Assembly (NCBI GenBank): GCA_003553905.1
Contig: PWEA01000005.1
Span: 7,915 to 71,914 of the forward strand
DNA length: 64,000 nt
Source of the DNA: Candidatus Aenigmatarchaeota archaeon
GTDB taxonomy: Archaea > Aenigmatarchaeota > Aenigmatarchaeia > PWEA01
Direction of reading: 5' to 3'
Under the pieces are notes generated by a model. It was not told the origin of the DNA. It did no database searches and saw only the letters and a program-made list of their open reading frames with translations. This document shows, one piece after another, positions 46,302 to 54,994 of the stretch (its first letter is position 1; every line of letters begins with the position of its first letter). Position numbers and translations under genes: made by a program.

Positions 46302-47288
46302 ATGAAGATGAATCAAAAGGGATCCAAGTCTATGATGGCTTTAGTAGTTCTTATAATTCTAGGTGTTTTGGTAATATTTGTTTTTTCCACAACATCGGGA
46401 TCTTTTTTGGAGATTTCAGAAGGTCTTATGGACATAGGCGAGGAGGAGGCAAGAAGGGTTCATAGGAAGTTCAAATACCCTATTTTAAAACACGAGCTCC
46501 CGGAAGAAGAATTTCCCGGAGAGGGGTCAGGACGGATTGTGACCTCATGTAAATCAATAGGTTCAGAAGGTGAATATCAGCTCCAAGACTCTATAAGATG
46601 TTCAGATCACGAACCAATCCGAGAGTTCAGCGGGACGCTGGACGGTCGTGGTCACAGTATATATGGTTTAGATGAGCCACTATTTGAAACGATATCTTCC
46701 TCGGGAACCGTAAAAAATATTAGAATCTCGGAAGTAGATATATTTGAGGAAGGTCCTGCAGGTGGTCTTTCTGTAGAAAACCAAGGAACCATCAAAAGAA
46801 TCCGTATTTCCGGGATGGTTCAAGGCGAAAGTAACGTTGGCGGTCTTGTTGGAACAAACAGTGGAGAGATACGGAAATCTTCCTCCACGGCAAATGTAGA
46901 TGGAGATCAAAATGTAGGAGTACTGGTAGGACAACATACCTCCGGTTCCGTAACAAATTCTTACACGGTCGGCTCTGTAGAAGGTATATCAAATGTAGGG
47001 GGACTAATAGGATCAGGAAGTGGACAGGTAGATAAAACATACGCAGCTAGTTTTGTAACCGGACTCACAAACAAACAAGGCTTGGTCGGTTCCGGTTCTG
47101 CTGGGGCAGTGACAAACTCCTTCTGGAGTACTGACACATCCGGAATTCTTCCTGGAGATATCTCTGGAAGTGTTATAGGAACACCGAAAGTTGACGAAGC
47201 CATGGAAGACAAGGCAACATTTGTTTCCACAAGAACGGAAGGCCTCGTAGATCCCTGGGACTTCGATGAAATATGGACTATGGGATAA
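46302..47288 (+). CDS. Class III signal-peptide protein with GLUG-like repeat domain
   Basis: MKMNQKG then SKSMMALVVLIILGVLVIFVF. Central repeats NVGGLVGTNSGEI..NVGVLVGQHTSGSVTNSYTVGSVEGISNVGGLIGSGSGQV..GLVGSGSAGAVTNSFW fit the GLUG motif (GGLVG.N.G.I.NSYATG.V.G). Confidence 0.65.
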   Translation: MKMNQKGSKSMMALVVLIILGVLVIFVFSTTSGSFLEISEGLMDIGEEEARRVHRKFKYPILKHELPEEEFPGEGSGRIVTSCKSIGSEGEYQLQDSIRCSDHEPIREFSGTLDGRGHSIYGLDEPLFETISSSGTVKNIRISEVDIFEEGPAGGLSVENQGTIKRIRISGMVQGESNVGGLVGTNSGEIRKSSSTANVDGDQNVGVLVGQHTSGSVTNSYTVGSVEGISNVGGLIGSGSGQVDKTYAASFVTGLTNKQGLVGSGSAGAVTNSFWSTDTSGILPGDISGSVIGTPKVDEAMEDKATFVSTRTEGLVDPWDFDEIWTMG

Positions 47289-47290
47289 AA

Positions 47291-47452
47291 ATGAACTACG
47301 CTCTTCGAACCAGAGGACTACAGTTTAATATCCTTGTTTATATAATACTTGGAATACTTTTGATAGGTGTGATTGCTGCTCTTGCCCTGACTACAGAGGG
47401 GCTCTTCGAAGGATTTTTTGACCTAATGAAAGAACTGATACTTTCAGGGTGA
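47291..47452 (+). CDS. Short class III signal-peptide pilin (53 aa, not in ORF track)
   Basis: MNYALRTRG then LQFNILVYIILGILLIGVIAALAL. ATG 47291, TGA 47450..47452. Confidence 0.45.
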   Translation: MNYALRTRGLQFNILVYIILGILLIGVIAALALTTEGLFEGFFDLMKELILSG

Positions 47453-47497
47453 GGACAGACCGTAAGTTTTAAATCCAATAGGTAACAACCTTTAACC

Positions 47498-47755
47498 ATG
47501 AAAATCAAGTCCGGGAAGAGATTAAAGCCTCTACATCTCGGAGCTCTGGTTTTGAGTTTGATAGTGATCCTATCCATCATAGTTTTTAGTCTGGACGTAA
47601 CAGAAGGACCAGGTGAGGAAGATGAGATGGGCAGGTCTTGTGTAGGATACCTACAGAGGAATTGTTGCAGTAACCCCGGAGCAGTTCGATGCCAAGAATT
47701 CGAAAACGAAATATGGACACACCAAGAAGATCCATTTGATGTATGTTGTGAATAA
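47498..47755 (+). CDS. Small TM-anchored Cys-rich protein (family 3)
   Basis: N-terminal helix LHLGALVLSLIVILSIIVF, then SCVGYLQRNCCSNPGAVRCQEFE..DVCCE, a C..CC..C..CC pattern shared with the next gene. Confidence 0.5.
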   Translation: MKIKSGKRLKPLHLGALVLSLIVILSIIVFSLDVTEGPGEEDEMGRSCVGYLQRNCCSNPGAVRCQEFENEIWTHQEDPFDVCCE

Positions 47756-47758
47756 ACT

Positions 47759-48070
47759 ATGTTAAGTAAAAAGGGTATGGACGCGATAAGAATAATAAGG
47801 GTATTTATAATAACATTACTCATTCTCTTTGCTCTTCTTGCCCTCTGGGTAGGCACAGGAGATGCAGGTCTAACGGAAATAGAGTTCGATGGAAAGATGA
47901 GGATAGCCTGTAATAGATTTGAAAACAGGGGTTGTTGTAGAAGCTACGACGAAGAAGATCCCGGACAGTGTGCTGTAGATAAGGTATGGGAAGGCTACGA
48001 CGAAGAAGAAATGGACGAAGAGCTTATAGAAAGGCTGGAAGAAGTCGATTGGGAACAAAGGTGTTGTTGA
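47759..48070 (+). CDS. Class III signal-peptide Cys-rich small protein (family 3)
   Basis: MLSKKG then MDAIRIIRVFIITLLILFALLAL. IACNRFENRGCCRSYDEEDPGQCAVD..EQRCC. Confidence 0.55.
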   Translation: MLSKKGMDAIRIIRVFIITLLILFALLALWVGTGDAGLTEIEFDGKMRIACNRFENRGCCRSYDEEDPGQCAVDKVWEGYDEEEMDEELIERLEEVDWEQRCC

Positions 48071-48071
48071 A

Positions 48072-48323
48072 ATGAAAGAAAAGGGTATATCGCTTGCGAT
48101 AAGGACCGTTGTAATCTTGATTATCTCTATACTCATACTACTTGCAGTTATCACCATGTTTACAGATGTATGGGATGTAAGTCCCTTTGAAGACACTAAA
48201 GGAAATATTTCCGAGGAATACGGACCGGATTGGGGTAATGGGGAAGAAAATGGCCAAGAAAGTTACAATACCTTTTCTTTAAGCAGTCTATCCGAAACCA
48301 CACATTCACTGTCTAGTCTTTAA
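48072..48323 (+). CDS. Class III signal-peptide (pilin-like) protein
   Basis: MKEKG then ISLAIRTVVILIISILILLAVITMF. 83 aa, S-rich tail. Confidence 0.55.
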   Translation: MKEKGISLAIRTVVILIISILILLAVITMFTDVWDVSPFEDTKGNISEEYGPDWGNGEENGQESYNTFSLSSLSETTHSLSSL

Positions 48324-48329
48324 TCAATA

Positions 48330-48513
48330 GTGCGCCTGCCGGGAGTTCCCGAATCCCTCAGGAGAGGCATTCACATTATCTTCCGTGAACGTTTTGTCTT
48401 CTGCAAAAAGATTCTTTTGAACCCGGGCTTCGAGCATGGGAGGCTCGAGTCTTACCCAAAGGACGTAGACTTCGTCCACGTCGATCTCTAGGCCAGACTA
48501 GACCACAGGCGCA
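48330..48513. ncRNA. Candidate structured ncRNA (identity unresolved)
   Basis: A ~184-nt GC-rich island in AT-rich DNA between convergent genes. Terminal 9-bp helix GUGCGCCUG / CAGGCGCAC. A nested CCGGG / CCCGG helix encloses hairpins GGGAguuCCC, CCUCaggaGAGG and UUCAC..GUGAA. Further 3'-half hairpins CGAGC..GCUCG, GGACG..CGUCC and CUAG..CUAG. No ORF. Confidence 0.3.
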
Positions 48514-48538
48514 CGTTCTTATCCTTGTATTTTATAAC

Positions 48539-49669
48539 TTAAGTCTTTAATCCATGGCCTGTCACAATACAAACTACTTTTTCTCCCTGTCTGAAATTTT
48601 CTCTATTTTTCAGTATCCCTGCTAGCGCAACCGCACCTGCTTCTTCTGCATATATTCCTTCCCTTTTGGCTAGAACCTGTTTCGCCTCCAAAATATCTTT
48701 ATCGCTCACAGTAATACCCGTTCCTTCGCTTTCCCTCAAAGCCATGATAGCTTGGTCTCCGTCCAAGGGCTCTCCACATGATATTGCGTCCGCCACCGTA
48801 TCAGGTTGATCTATAACATCAGGTTTCTCCCGACCCTTGTTTAATGCCCCCACGACGGAATTGCAGCCCTTTGACTGAACACCAACCATCTCAGGACATT
48901 TCTTCAACAAACCTGTAGTCCTCAGCTCACAGAAACCTTTCCAAACGCCATGTATAAGGGTTCCGTTTCCGATGGGTGCAACAACTTTGTCAACCTCAGC
49001 CTGGTCGCCTATCTCATGACCTACTGTCTTTTCACCCTCGCCTCTGTAAGGATAGTCTCCCATGAGGTACATATCATCTTCTTCTTTGTCTTCCCATGCC
49101 CTCTCCTCTGCGTCATTGTAATCGTCGCTCACCTCTATAACCTCAGCACCGTGTTCTCTCATATGCTTTAGCTTCGGGCTCGCTACACCATGAGGTACAT
49201 ATATTCTTGCTTCAACGCTTGCCCTCGCACAGTAGGCAGCTATCGAAGAACCCATATTTCCGGTCGTGGCGGTAACTATCTCTTCGGCACCATGCTCCAG
49301 AGCCTTTCCAAGCTCGACGGAAGTTCCTCTGTCCTTGAAGCTCCCTGTAGGGTTCAAACTCTCCATCTTGAAGTAAAGGTCTATTCCTAGTTTCTCGCCT
49401 AAGCTTGTTGACTTTAAAAGAGGTGTTCCGCCCTCACCCATCCTTACTATAAAATCGGGGTCAAGGACAGGTAAAAGTTCCTTATATCTCAAGTGAGAAA
49501 AATTCCTTTCTCTCAAAAGATCCCAAGAAAGCTTGTTTTTTACCTCGTTGTAATTGTAAAGAACATCGACAGATGAATGGCATTTCTTACATGAATATCT
49601 TATTTCGTCTGCAGTATATACTTCACCGCACCCGACACAAACAAGGCCTTGTACATGCATACAATACAT
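48539..49669 (-). CDS. thrC: Threonine synthase
   Basis: N-terminal Zn-ribbon-like CVGCGE..CKKCHS, the PLP-lysine motif SLNPTGSFKDRG and GNMGSSIAAY. Confidence 0.8.
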   Translation of the reverse strand: MYCMHVQGLVCVGCGEVYTADEIRYSCKKCHSSVDVLYNYNEVKNKLSWDLLRERNFSHLRYKELLPVLDPDFIVRMGEGGTPLLKSTSLGEKLGIDLYFKMESLNPTGSFKDRGTSVELGKALEHGAEEIVTATTGNMGSSIAAYCARASVEARIYVPHGVASPKLKHMREHGAEVIEVSDDYNDAEERAWEDKEEDDMYLMGDYPYRGEGEKTVGHEIGDQAEVDKVVAPIGNGTLIHGVWKGFCELRTTGLLKKCPEMVGVQSKGCNSVVGALNKGREKPDVIDQPDTVADAISCGEPLDGDQAIMALRESEGTGITVSDKDILEAKQVLAKREGIYAEEAGAVALAGILKNRENFRQGEKVVCIVTGHGLKT

Positions 49670-49720
49670 CTCTAATTCACAATTAATAACTATAACGCAG
49701 AAATGGATATATCCAACAGA

Positions 49721-50578
49721 CTACGGACTGTCCGGATCCATACATGTTCTTCCGTAATGAAAAAGATATTCCTGTGCGTAACCAGCATACTTTCCAAAGT
49801 AGTTTCTCATATTTTCCGACAGCTCGCTGTAGTTTTTCGAATATTTTCCATTATACTCCTTTTTAACTATCTTCCTTATCCAAGTATCAATGGGGAACGA
49901 TTCAAGGAAGTCCAAAGAAAAAAGAAGAACACAGTCTGCAACCTTTTCTCCGACACCAGGAAGTATCATTAGTTTATCCTTTGCTTCCTCGTAGTTTAAT
50001 CGCCTGATTTCACCGGGATCAACGACACCGTCCCGTATCATCTCAGAGGTCCTCTTGATGTATCCGGCTCTATATCCTGCATTGAGATCCCTCAGTTCGT
50101 TCTCCGGTACTTCTGCAAGACTCTCCGGTGATGGGAACTGGTAATACTCTCTGTCAAAGTCCAGAGATGCTCCATAGTTTATTCTGATGTCCTTCTGTAT
50201 TCTTTTTATCCTGGGGATCTGCATCTGTGATGAGGTTATATACGATATGAGACAAGGGAAAAAATCATCTCTAACGATACGAAGACCATAGTTCGCTGCT
50301 ATAGTTCTTTCAATAAACCTATCCTTGTTCATGGATTCATAGATATCATCAAGCTTGTCATCAAGCCTTAGAACATCGATGGGATCCACCTCATCGCCCT
50401 GGTTAGTATAAAAAAGCTTATCACCGTCTTGCCAGACCTTTAAAACACCACCACTTCTCACCGTATAATATTTCTCGGTGTCCTCCTCCTTGATCTTGTT
50501 CCAAGAAAATGTCTGTCCGCATTCAAGGGTCTTTTCTAAACTAAACGGAACGTCTTCGAGGTTTATGAAATCAACCAT
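49721..50578 (-). CDS. ogg: 8-oxoguanine DNA glycosylase / AP lyase (HhH-GPD superfamily, Ogg-like)
   Basis: N-terminal LECGQTFSW (OGG N-domain GQ.FRW-like) and HhH-GPD motif LPGVGEKVADCVLLF with a downstream Asp. Confidence 0.6.
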   Translation of the reverse strand: MVDFINLEDVPFSLEKTLECGQTFSWNKIKEEDTEKYYTVRSGGVLKVWQDGDKLFYTNQGDEVDPIDVLRLDDKLDDIYESMNKDRFIERTIAANYGLRIVRDDFFPCLISYITSSQMQIPRIKRIQKDIRINYGASLDFDREYYQFPSPESLAEVPENELRDLNAGYRAGYIKRTSEMIRDGVVDPGEIRRLNYEEAKDKLMILPGVGEKVADCVLLFSLDFLESFPIDTWIRKIVKKEYNGKYSKNYSELSENMRNYFGKYAGYAQEYLFHYGRTCMDPDSP

Positions 50579-50756
50579 CTATATCACCAGCTTTTCTGAA
50601 CTTCCCATCGGAGTCCTTTGGTTTAGGTCGTGAACAACGGTTCGTTTTTTCTTTGTATGTAGCACCACAGTTATGACATTTCACACGTTTTTCTGCCTTG
50701 GACTTCTGCCTAAATCCACAGCGAGGACATCGGTGGTAAAAGACTTTATCTCTCAT
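50571..50756 (-). CDS. Small basic zinc-ribbon protein
   Basis: CPRCG..CHNCG in 61 aa. Overlaps the ogg start by 8 nt. Confidence 0.4.
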   Translation of the reverse strand: MRDKVFYHRCPRCGFRQKSKAEKRVKCHNCGATYKEKTNRCSRPKPKDSDGKFRKAGDIDG

Positions 50757-50831
50757 CGATCATAGTTTCGATCTCAAGTCTAAAAAGTTATTCGGTGGGT
50801 AACAGAATATTTAAACCATCGAGAAAAAGAA

Positions 50832-51329
50832 TTGTTCATGGAAAAGCTTTACCTTGATATAGAAACAACCGGCCTAAGTAAGGAAAGGAACAAAGTTACT
50901 GTAGTGGGGGCCTACGATGGAAACAGAGTTTATCAGCTTGTGAAGGGGAGGAACCTAAACCAAAAAGCTGTAGAAGAACTACTTGACAAAGCCGAAAGGA
51001 TAGTTACATACAACGGAAAAAGATTTGACATACCGTTTCTAGAGCACAACTACAACCTAGAGGTGGATATTGATCATAAAGATCTAATGTATCTTGGATG
51101 GAAATGTGACCTAAAGGGCGGACTAAAGGTAATAGAAAAAGAGATAGGAATAGGGAGAGATTCGGGTGTTTGTGGTGGTTCGGAAGCAGTTCGCCTCTGG
51201 AAAAAATACAAACAAAACAACTGCAGTAAGTCGCTCAGAAAGCTTCTTATGTACAACAGGGAAGACGTAGTAAATCTTGTAGATGTAGAAAAAGCCATAG
51301 TGAAGAGGCTACAAAAGCAAAACTCATGA
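50832..51329 (+). CDS. RNase H-like (DEDD-type) 3'-5' exonuclease domain protein
   Basis: YLDIETTGL exo I motif near the N-terminus. 165 aa. Confidence 0.5.
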   Translation: MFMEKLYLDIETTGLSKERNKVTVVGAYDGNRVYQLVKGRNLNQKAVEELLDKAERIVTYNGKRFDIPFLEHNYNLEVDIDHKDLMYLGWKCDLKGGLKVIEKEIGIGRDSGVCGGSEAVRLWKKYKQNNCSKSLRKLLMYNREDVVNLVDVEKAIVKRLQKQNS

Positions 51330-51335
51330 AACCAG

Positions 51336-51713
51336 ATGTCCGAAAAAGATAAGTTTTCAAAGGGTCTATATCTTCTTTTCATCCGCCTCGATGTCAGTAA
51401 AACTATAGGAATAGGGAAACTAGGAAACTTTGAATTCAAACCAGGGATATATTGTTACGTTGGATCGGGTATGAACAACCTGGATAAAAGGATTGAAAGA
51501 CATATTTCAGACGACAAGAAAAAACACTGGCATATAGACTACTTTCTCGAGGAGGCAGAAATCATAGCTACGGTAAAGATAAGAACCGAAAACAATGACG
51601 AATGTCTCCTAAACAAAGCTATTTCTATCTTAAGCAAAGAAACCCCGGTCAAAAAATTTGGATCTTCCGACTGTAACTGCAGAGCTCATCTTCACTATAT
51701 GGAGGAGAAGTAA
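51336..51713 (+). CDS. GIY-YIG nuclease-like protein (DUF123-like)
   Basis: GIYCYVGSG..LDKRIERH fits GIY-(x9-11)-YIG..R..E spacing. 125 aa is typical of archaeal DUF123. Confidence 0.5.
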   Translation: MSEKDKFSKGLYLLFIRLDVSKTIGIGKLGNFEFKPGIYCYVGSGMNNLDKRIERHISDDKKKHWHIDYFLEEAEIIATVKIRTENNDECLLNKAISILSKETPVKKFGSSDCNCRAHLHYMEEK

Positions 51714-51722
51714 AGCTATTCA

Positions 51723-52076
51723 ATGCTTAAATACTTTACCGACCTTATATTAGCCTATTGTCTCTTAACCTGGAAAGGAGGTGAAAAAATGAGCCAAGAA
51801 AATGAAATCGACAAAGAACTGTATTCTTTTGAAGAATTCAACGAAGTCATACGGGATCCTTATGCTACCGATATCGGTGCTGTTGCGCTGAATTTCGAGC
51901 CGGAGAACTGCAGACAAAGATTTTATAAAGCAATGGTCCTCGAAGGCCAGTGTTTTTTCGATGAAGCAGAAAAAGAGTATACATCTGTACTTGAAGAAGC
52001 CGAAGACCAATGTAACGAAGAAATCAAGTTCATGGCCGGTTACAGACTACACAAGCTTCCAAAGAAAAAGGATTGA
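51723..52076 (+). CDS. Hypothetical protein
   Basis: 117-aa ORF. Probably begins at the internal MSQENEIDKE. Confidence 0.35.
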   Translation: MLKYFTDLILAYCLLTWKGGEKMSQENEIDKELYSFEEFNEVIRDPYATDIGAVALNFEPENCRQRFYKAMVLEGQCFFDEAEKEYTSVLEEAEDQCNEEIKFMAGYRLHKLPKKKD

Positions 52077-52139
52077 ATAGACAGAAAGAATTTGTAAATA
52101 TTTAAAAAGGTAGTTGTCTAAGATAAGAACGGGGATAGT

Positions 52140-52685
52140 GTGTTAAGGAAATTAAAAGAAAGTTTTTTCTCGGCTTCTCGAAAGAGTGGGAGTTCGACAG
52201 AGAGACCCTATCCAAGGGTAGCAGAAAGCGCTTGGGTGGCTCCGGATGCTGTACTTATCGGAGATGTAGAAATAGGTGAAAACAGTTCTGTATGGCCTGG
52301 CACTGTGATTAGAGCAGACATAGGAAAAGTAAAAATAGGAGAAAATACGAACATCCAGGACAATGTTGTCATACACCCTAACTCCAAGGACGGCGTTAGT
52401 ATAGGAGACAACGTAACAGTTGCCCACGGAACTGTTCTCGACGGCTGTGATGTCGACGATAACGTAATGATAGGAATAAATGTTACTGCTCTGCATCACA
52501 CCAGGATAAAAAGGAACAGCATAATAGGAGCAGGAAGCCTGCTTCCTCCGGGAACTGAGACTAAGCCAAATTCTGTCTACAGTGGAAATCCTGCAGAAAA
52601 GGTAAGAGAACTCCAAGAACAGGACAGAGAAGTCATGAAAAAGATGGCAAAGAGCTACGTAAACCTGAAAGGAGAATACCAGTAG
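52140..52685 (+). CDS. Gamma-class carbonic anhydrase-family protein (left-handed beta-helix, hexapeptide repeats)
   Basis: AWVAPDAVLIGDVEIGENSSVWPGTVIRADIG.VKIGENTNIQDNVVIH shows hexapeptide repeats with conserved His positions. Confidence 0.7.
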   Translation: MLRKLKESFFSASRKSGSSTERPYPRVAESAWVAPDAVLIGDVEIGENSSVWPGTVIRADIGKVKIGENTNIQDNVVIHPNSKDGVSIGDNVTVAHGTVLDGCDVDDNVMIGINVTALHHTRIKRNSIIGAGSLLPPGTETKPNSVYSGNPAEKVRELQEQDREVMKKMAKSYVNLKGEYQ

Positions 52686-52709
52686 AACTGGATTTCTTCC
52701 CGATGTTAT

Positions 52710-53732
52710 ATGGGTGTGAATATTGCGGATCTCGTTGAACCTGAAGAATCTTCTTTAGATTCATTTAAAGGCAGAGCCTTTGCTATCGATGCTCTTAACA
52801 TGCTCTATCAGTTCCTCTCTATAATACGACAACCAGATGGCGAACCATTGAAAGACTCAAATGGAAGGATAACATCCCATCTTTCGGGCCTTTTCTACAG
52901 AACCACAAAGCTCGTAGAACATGAGATTAGACCCTTCTATGTTTTTGATGGAAAGCCTCCTGAATTTAAGGAGAGTGTAAACAACGAGAGAAGGGAAAAA
53001 AGAGAGGAAGCAAGGAAGAAATACAAGGATGCACTGAAGAGAGGTAATATAGAGAAAGCAGAAAAATATGCTAAACAATCAACAACGGTCCAAAAAGAGA
53101 TGGTAAACCAGTCTAAAAATCTACTGGATGCCATGGGAATCCCGTGGGTACAAGCACCAAGCGAAGGTGAGGCCCAGGCCGCACATATGACAAAAAAAGG
53201 TGATGCATGGGCGGTAGGAAGCCAAGATTTTGATGCACTTCTGTTTGGTTCACCAATACTCGTGAGGAATCTAACTATAACAGGAAAAAGAAAGCTCCCC
53301 AATAAGCAACAATACAAGAAGATTAGACCAGAGAAGCTGGATCTCGAGAAAATACTGAACAAAAACGGCATAAGTAGAGAACAACTAATTATAATGGGAA
53401 TACTTGTAGGGACTGACTACACTCCAGGCGGTGTAAAGGGTGTAGGCCCTAAGAACGCGTTAAAGCTTGTAAAAAAACACGGAGATCTACGCTCTGTAAT
53501 CAATCAAGTTGATTGGCCTTTCGAAAAGGACCCAGAAGATATATTAAACCTATTCATGAACCCGTCTGTGACCGATGATTATAAAATCGAATGGCGGGAT
53601 CCCAGTAAAGAAAAGATCAAGAGCTTTCTGTGTGATAGACATGATTTTTCCGAAGACAGAATAAAAAAGCCCATTGAAAGATTACAAAGGGACAGAAACA
53701 AAGGAACACAGTCAAGACTCGACACATTCTAA
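52710..53732 (+). CDS. fen: Flap endonuclease 1
   Basis: MGVNIADL..AIDALNMLYQFLS..TSHLSGLFYRTTKLVEHEIRPFYVFDGKPPEFK is canonical FEN1. Confidence 0.9.
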   Translation: MGVNIADLVEPEESSLDSFKGRAFAIDALNMLYQFLSIIRQPDGEPLKDSNGRITSHLSGLFYRTTKLVEHEIRPFYVFDGKPPEFKESVNNERREKREEARKKYKDALKRGNIEKAEKYAKQSTTVQKEMVNQSKNLLDAMGIPWVQAPSEGEAQAAHMTKKGDAWAVGSQDFDALLFGSPILVRNLTITGKRKLPNKQQYKKIRPEKLDLEKILNKNGISREQLIIMGILVGTDYTPGGVKGVGPKNALKLVKKHGDLRSVINQVDWPFEKDPEDILNLFMNPSVTDDYKIEWRDPSKEKIKSFLCDRHDFSEDRIKKPIERLQRDRNKGTQSRLDTF

Positions 53733-54971
53733 GCTGACATCAATCCCAAGGAGTTCTTCAGTATGTTTCACGAGTTCATCCTCCAGTTCATCTATCGTAT
53801 TCTCAAGATCCTTCTGTTTCTGCTTCGTTTTTTCGAGTCTATCCCTCATATCTTCTATATCCTCACTTTTTCTCTTTATCTTTCCACTAATATTCTCTTT
53901 GGGCCCCTCTGATAAAAGATTCTCGATTGATTCTTCTAGTTTGTTTCTTTCCTCTTCTAAATCATAAATGGTTTCAACAGAGGACTTGATTTTGTTTATA
54001 TCAACAGCATCGAGTTCATTTTCAAGTCTTTTTGCTTCTGAGTCATCGAAGTCCAGATTCCTGTCAGCAAGCTTTTCATCAAGTTTCTCAGTTGTTTTTA
54101 ATAAGAACGAAAGGCCTTCGTCTTTTTTGGTAGCCAGAACAGGCTTGGTGATATAATGTTCAAGAAGCTCTTCCTCTCCTGAAAAAAAACCAAAATATCT
54201 TAGCTTCTTAAGACCTCTTTTTAGTGGCGATATACTACTGCGTATCCTGCTCTTCTCCTTTTCCATTTTCTTCTCTACATCCCCCATCCTTTGGCGCTTT
54301 TCTTCTATGGCTTCTCTATCTTCAGATTTTTCTATCTCCTCCAACTTTTTATGAAGTTTTTCTCTTTCTTCGAGGCTGTCCTCCAACTCGATTTTTATCT
54401 TTTCATGCCTATCTGAAAGTTCCGAAAGCCTTTCGATCTTTTGATTGAGTTCCTTGTATAAATCAACTATTTCGACGGTCTTCTGTAGGTCTTCATCTAT
54501 ATCAAGAGATCTTTCTAGTTCTCTTATTGAATTAACTATTCCCTTTGTAACGTCTGGCTGTGCCTTATCAAGTACAACCAAACTCCTCTTTATATTATCT
54601 GAAACCTTATCGAGCTCCGACGATCTATCCTCCAGGAAGCTTTGCAATTGTTTGTATCCTCTTCCATCGGGTATAGTAAACTTATCGATGAAACTCTGAA
54701 GATGCTTTATCAAAACCTTTCTGTTTGATTGGGCCATTTTCTTAAGCCTGGGTGCCATTTCATCGGGAAGATCCTTTTCCTCGAACTCTACCAAAGCCTT
54801 CTGCAAGCCTTCCATAGAATTCTTTATTTGGGAGTATACTTCGTTCTGATCGCTCCAGTCGAAACCATCCAAACCCTTGAGCTGATTCTCAAACCAACAG
54901 AGGAAATCTTGAAACTTAACCGTTTTCTCTTCCTTTTTTTTGTCAGTAAAAAACCCAAATACAGAAGACAT
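53712..54971 (-). CDS. Large coiled-coil protein
   Basis: 419 aa, dominated by heptad K/E/L-rich segments. Confidence 0.45.
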   Translation of the reverse strand: MSSVFGFFTDKKKEEKTVKFQDFLCWFENQLKGLDGFDWSDQNEVYSQIKNSMEGLQKALVEFEEKDLPDEMAPRLKKMAQSNRKVLIKHLQSFIDKFTIPDGRGYKQLQSFLEDRSSELDKVSDNIKRSLVVLDKAQPDVTKGIVNSIRELERSLDIDEDLQKTVEIVDLYKELNQKIERLSELSDRHEKIKIELEDSLEEREKLHKKLEEIEKSEDREAIEEKRQRMGDVEKKMEKEKSRIRSSISPLKRGLKKLRYFGFFSGEEELLEHYITKPVLATKKDEGLSFLLKTTEKLDEKLADRNLDFDDSEAKRLENELDAVDINKIKSSVETIYDLEEERNKLEESIENLLSEGPKENISGKIKRKSEDIEDMRDRLEKTKQKQKDLENTIDELEDELVKHTEELLGIDVSLECVES

Positions 54972-54994
54972 ATAAAACCTATTTTATTTTAAAC

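Noticed and set aside
37988-48323. Possibility that the pilin run is an archaellum (flagellum) operon
   Set aside because: No archaellin-like (FlaB) conserved N-terminal domain is present beyond the generic signal. FlaH (KaiC-like), FlaG/F and FlaC/D/E signatures are absent, and many products carry large adhesin-like domains. An adhesive pilus is the more parsimonious reading.
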